A DNA stretch of 63,042 nt, counting the filler, from Neolecta irregularis DAH-3 (taxonomy: Eukaryota): NCBI GenBank assembly GCA_001929475.1. It is 7 parts of 7 records of this genome, joined end to end, with 100 filler letters (N's around TTAATTAATTAA, not from the genome) between each part and the next. Parts side by side here need not be neighbours in the genome. Positions count along the whole stretch, not along the records: positions 58,452 to 63,042 come from LXFE01003628.1; 6 more parts are not named here. The stretch is one strand, 5' to 3'. The notes beneath the pieces are model-generated. The model saw only the letters and a list, made by a program, of their open reading frames with translations. It searched no databases and was not told the origin of the DNA. Positions 62,459 through 63,042 of the stretch are shown piece by piece. A program made the position numbers and the translations under genes. The stretch's first letter is position 1. Each line of letters opens with the position of its first letter.

Positions 62459-63042
62459 TCAGCCTGGGAAAATCTTGTACAATTAGCTTCTATATAGATT
62501 TATTTGCTCTGATTAGAATTACAAGTCTGAGCACGATAAAAAAACATCTTGTAAATTATTTTTCACGATAGTCTCTTTGACAAGAACCTTGAATCCCTGT
62601 ACTCAAAGGTAACAACACAATTAAAATCAATTTCGCGCTTGATTATTAGAATAGTAAAAATTTACAAGACTAAAAATGATCATCCAACTTGATTGCTTTC
62701 TGAAACATGTGTGTCACTCTTTCTGAGCTTTCTGGTGCATGTATGCTAATATATATAGCAACACCGATTACTGTTGAACTATAATCGTCCAATGCGAGTG
62801 ATTGCGGATAGTATAGCTTGTGATATGACAATGATACATGTGGTTCTTGAGGGTATTTTCTTTACATTCTTTCGTTTTTGTCTAGTCACTTGACGTGGCT
62901 GTCTATCTCTTGTTGATACTATAGCCGCCCAGACATTGGATATGCCCTATCCCTCTAGGCAAAGAATCAAGAATCAATTTCATTCAGCCAAGATTCATTT
63001 TTCATTTTGTCCAGCCTAAATCACAACCTATTTGAAAAGTTA

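Overview
Gene-dense, intron-rich fungal nuclear DNA. The very short (about 31-45 nt) introns, compact spacing and S. pombe-like orthologues suggest an early-diverging ascomycete (Taphrinomycotina, Neolecta-like; this is inference). The window is seven contigs joined by six artificial N-TTAATTAATTAA-N linkers. It holds about 30 mostly housekeeping genes (NST1, RHO2, SmG, PRISE reductase, GH15 glucoamylase, MYG1, HMG-CoA synthase, CCDC174-like, RKI1, SPC3, XRN1, VPS55, RIB7, PAT1, ELC1, SEN54, GUA1, VPS15, CENP-B-type HTH, LEA1, C2H2 factor, PI31, arrestin-like, ULP1, RPS10, SDE2, SKI8, CDC10, GUK1, MDR reductase), two intron-containing tRNA-Ile(AAT) genes and several transposon relics. The most notable items are an unassigned, roughly 520-570 nt highly structured candidate ncRNA between MYG1 and the tRNA pair; an unusual splicing code (tiny introns, degenerate GT and GC donors, 6-9 nt micro-exons); a CFEM-like protein that has lost two whole disulfide pairs; a 34-aa repeat in the XRN1 tail; and a CpG-stripped retroelement relic. 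Exon boundaries were read by eye and no database searches were run.
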